The notes under the pieces were generated by a model. The model made no database searches, was not told the DNA's origin, and was given only the letters and a program-made list of their open reading frames with translations. A DNA stretch of 64,000 nt from Candidatus Krumholzibacteriia bacterium (lineage in GTDB: Bacteria; Krumholzibacteriota; Krumholzibacteriia; LZORAL124-64-63), in contig JBFXKG010000001.1 in NCBI GenBank assembly GCA_050174015.1, forward strand, positions 32,001 through 96,000, given 5' to 3'. Positions 61,499-64,000 of the stretch are shown piece after piece. A program made the translations under genes and the position numbers. The stretch's first letter is position 1. Each line of letters starts with the position of its first letter.

Positions 61499-63247
61499 CT
61501 ACTTGAGCATCATGATCTTGCATGATTCCGCATAACCTGATCCCGTCACCATCCGCAGGAAGTAGACGCCGCTGGGCATCACCGAACCGCCTGGACCGGT
61601 CCCATCCCAGCCGTACTGGTCGGAGTAGGTTCCTGCGGGGAGAACTCCGTCCAGGACGGTTTTGACCTCACGGCCCCGCAGGTCGAAGACCGCGAAAGTC
61701 ACCCGATCCTCGGAGGCGAGGGAGAAACCGAAGGTGGTCCGGGGGTTGAAGGGGTTGGGGACCGCGCCATCCAGCCGCGAAATCGGATGCGGCGTTTCCG
61801 GCGCCTTGTCCGTCCCGATCCAGTCCCCCGTTGTCCAGACCGTGGAAAGGCCGAGGATGCCGGGCAGCTTCTCGAGGGGAAGGGCCTTCAGGTCGATGAG
61901 GGAATCGCTGGACGTCCCCAGCCCGATCCGGAAGGCGTAGGTTCCTACGGGGGCGGCTCCGGGAACCGTCTGGCTGATGCCTGACCGTCGAATCGTCGCG
62001 CCGGCGGGGAAGGTCACGGCCGGGTAGGTCTTCAGGAGGTGGATGCTGCCGTCGGGAAGAACGGCATCGACGCGGATTCCGGCTACGATGTCCAGGGAGG
62101 AGAGGTTCGTCACCTCGACGTCGAAGGAGAACTCGCCTCCTCCTGCGGGGATCTGGATGGGGGCGCCGGAACCGGTCAGGGTGAGGGCAAGCTGGTCCCC
62201 GCAGGGATCGCACCCGGCGGGAAGAGCGCCTATGAGCCCCATCCCGTTGCTGGTCTGCAGGGCGATGGAATCGGCGCAGGGAGCGAGATCTCCCGCGGCG
62301 GGATCGCAGAAGTGGGGATCCCCTTTCAGATCCGTCGGATCGGGGTTGAACCCGATGGCGGGGCCGGAAGCGTTGGCGAAGAAGATGTTCCGGCTTTCGG
62401 AAAGATCGTTGCCGCAGACGATGCCGTGACCCAGGGGATTGCTGCTGATGATGTTGCTCTGGATGACCACGTCATAGGTCGAGCCGACGTAGATCGAGCC
62501 CTGTGGTGATTCGTTGGCGAAAAAGCTGCAGTTGAGAATGGTGGCTGGAGCATCGTAGATGCGGACCGCCCCGCCCTGACCGCCGCTGTTGCCGAGGAAT
62601 CGGCAATCGCGGGCGAACATCAGGGAACCGGCGAAGTTGGCAATGGCCCCCGCCATGGAGTCGCTGCGGTTGCCCCGGAATTCGCAACCGATGAAGAAGC
62701 ACTGTGACTGCAAGGAAATCCCGACCCCGCCGGCGTTGAGGGGCGCCGTGTTGTCGATGAAGGAGCAGGACTGGAACGTGAGCACCGAACCGGAATGGCG
62801 GACGAACCCGGCTCCCCCGGTGTAGGTGGAAACGTTGTCGCGCAGGATGCAATCCTGGAGGATCGCACGCGACGCGGTGTCGACGTGGATGCCCGCTCCA
62901 TCGTAGGCGAAGCCGTTAATCAAGGAGAAGCCGGTGATCGTGAGGTTCCCACCGCCGGTCACCCACAGGCAGCGGGCGATTCCGCCTCCGTCGATGACGG
63001 TGACCGGCGCGTTCTCCCGGGCCTGCATGGTCAACCGTTTCCTGACGGTCAGGCTCTCGGTCCAGATGTCAGGCCAGACCTCGATCACGTCGTCGCCCAC
63101 CGCCGCATCGATCGCCGCCTGAATGGTGGTGAAGTCCCCCAGGCCGTCCTTGCGGACGGACCAGGTCGTGGCGGATACGATGGACGGCAAGGCAAGCGCG
63201 ATCACGAGGAGGGGAATCAAGAACGAACGGCGGATGCGGGGCGCCAT
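61499..63247 (-). CDS. Secreted right-handed beta-helix protein with C-terminal FlgD-Ig domain
   Basis: GDFTTIQAAIDAA, repeated CxFxxN..GGA turns, DPHFC, VPNPFNP C-terminal domain. Confidence 0.85.
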   Translation of the reverse strand: MAPRIRRSFLIPLLVIALALPSIVSATTWSVRKDGLGDFTTIQAAIDAAVGDDVIEVWPDIWTESLTVRKRLTMQARENAPVTVIDGGGIARCLWVTGGGNLTITGFSLINGFAYDGAGIHVDTASRAILQDCILRDNVSTYTGGAGFVRHSGSVLTFQSCSFIDNTAPLNAGGVGISLQSQCFFIGCEFRGNRSDSMAGAIANFAGSLMFARDCRFLGNSGGQGGAVRIYDAPATILNCSFFANESPQGSIYVGSTYDVVIQSNIISSNPLGHGIVCGNDLSESRNIFFANASGPAIGFNPDPTDLKGDPHFCDPAAGDLAPCADSIALQTSNGMGLIGALPAGCDPCGDQLALTLTGSGAPIQIPAGGGEFSFDVEVTNLSSLDIVAGIRVDAVLPDGSIHLLKTYPAVTFPAGATIRRSGISQTVPGAAPVGTYAFRIGLGTSSDSLIDLKALPLEKLPGILGLSTVWTTGDWIGTDKAPETPHPISRLDGAVPNPFNPRTTFGFSLASEDRVTFAVFDLRGREVKTVLDGVLPAGTYSDQYGWDGTGPGGSVMPSGVYFLRMVTGSGYAESCKIMMLK

Positions 63248-63316
63248 GAGGTTTCTCCTTGGCCGGGGGGATGGGTCACCTGCCATGATTCTATCACAAC
63301 CTGGGATCCGACAATG

Positions 63317-63347
63317 AAAAAGCCCCGGACCTCGCGGTCCGGGGCTT
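63317..63347 (-). terminator. Rho-independent terminator
   Basis: AAAAA-GCCCCGGACC-tcgc-GGTCCGGGGC; U-tract on the minus strand after the 63370 gene. Confidence 0.75.
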
Positions 63348-63369
63348 CGTCTCGTCCTTCAGAAAAGTG

Positions 63370-64000
63370 CTACTTCAACAACACCATCTTCCGGGCCTCG
63401 GTGTAACCCGAGCCCGTCTCCAGGCGGAAGAAGTAGGTGCCGCTGGTGACCGGGTTGCCGCTCAGGTCGGTGCCGTCCCACCCGTACTGACCGCGGTAGT
63501 CGCCCGCGGGCAGGGTGGCGTCGATCACGGTCCGCACCAGGTGGCCGCGGAGGTCGAAGACCTGCAGCTTCACCTGGTCGCTCTTGGCCAGCGCGAAATT
63601 GAAGGTGGTCTTGGGGTTGAAGGGGTTGGGGTAGTTGGCGCCCAGGGCGGTGGCGGCCGCCGGCACCGGCGCCGGGCTCAGCCAGTCGTTGGCCGCGCCG
63701 GGGGTGCCGCGGTCGCCGGACCCGAACAGGGGGCCGTTCGAGGCCCACTTGGTGGGATCGTTGTTGTCCCCGGTCCCGATGAACTGCAGGGAGGAGCCGG
63801 TGGGGTCCTTCCACAGCAAGCCGTCGTCGTAGGACACGCTGTCGATCTCCAGCAGGAAGCCGTCCAGCAGGACGATCTCGTCGTCGGCGTTGGAGAGCTG
63901 GAAGCCGGAGTACTGGTAGAACACCGTCACGCCCTCGGCGGCCAGGGCCGTGGCGTTGCGGGCGAACACCTTGTACTCGCCCGGGCCGATGACCAGGGGA
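63370..64000 (-). CDS. Lamin-tail-like domain protein with C-terminal FlgD-Ig domain (5' part outside window)
   Basis: FQLSNADDEIVL..IDSVSY..GTPGAAN; NYPNPFNP..SGTYFFRL..RKMVLLK. Confidence 0.8.
   Translation of the reverse strand, partial: PLVIGPGEYKVFARNATALAAEGVTVFYQYSGFQLSNADDEIVLLDGFLLEIDSVSYDDGLLWKDPTGSSLQFIGTGDNNDPTKWASNGPLFGSGDRGTPGAANDWLSPAPVPAAATALGANYPNPFNPKTTFNFALAKSDQVKLQVFDLRGHLVRTVIDATLPAGDYRGQYGWDGTDLSGNPVTSGTYFFRLETGSGYTEARKMVLLK

Overview
GC-rich bacterial window with about 55 protein-coding genes; I could not identify an rRNA, tRNA, CRISPR array or transposase. The many secreted proteins ending in a FlgD-Ig-like 'PNPFNP' domain or a short 'SFGxVKxLF' tail suggest an FCB-group candidate lineage such as Krumholzibacteriota or Latescibacterota (inference). 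Recognisable modules are a MarR-hybA/hybB-like operon, oxidative-stress genes (sodB, ndh, katG, DCC1, DoxX), a c-di-GMP/two-component block and an Rrf2-sufBCDSU operon. The three most interesting signals are: (1) a three-gene putative RiPP-like operon at 27082-29593, with an 83-aa CCVCK peptide, an LpxL-type acyltransferase carrying a possible C-terminal RRE/PqqD-like domain, and an M50 membrane peptidase, which could make an undescribed lipidated peptide; (2) a convergent rpfC-rpfF pair suggesting DSF quorum sensing, with an HPt-less RpfC; (3) two alternative C-terminal tails on secreted proteins, suggesting two sorting routes. All calls come from reading motifs by eye; no searches were run.
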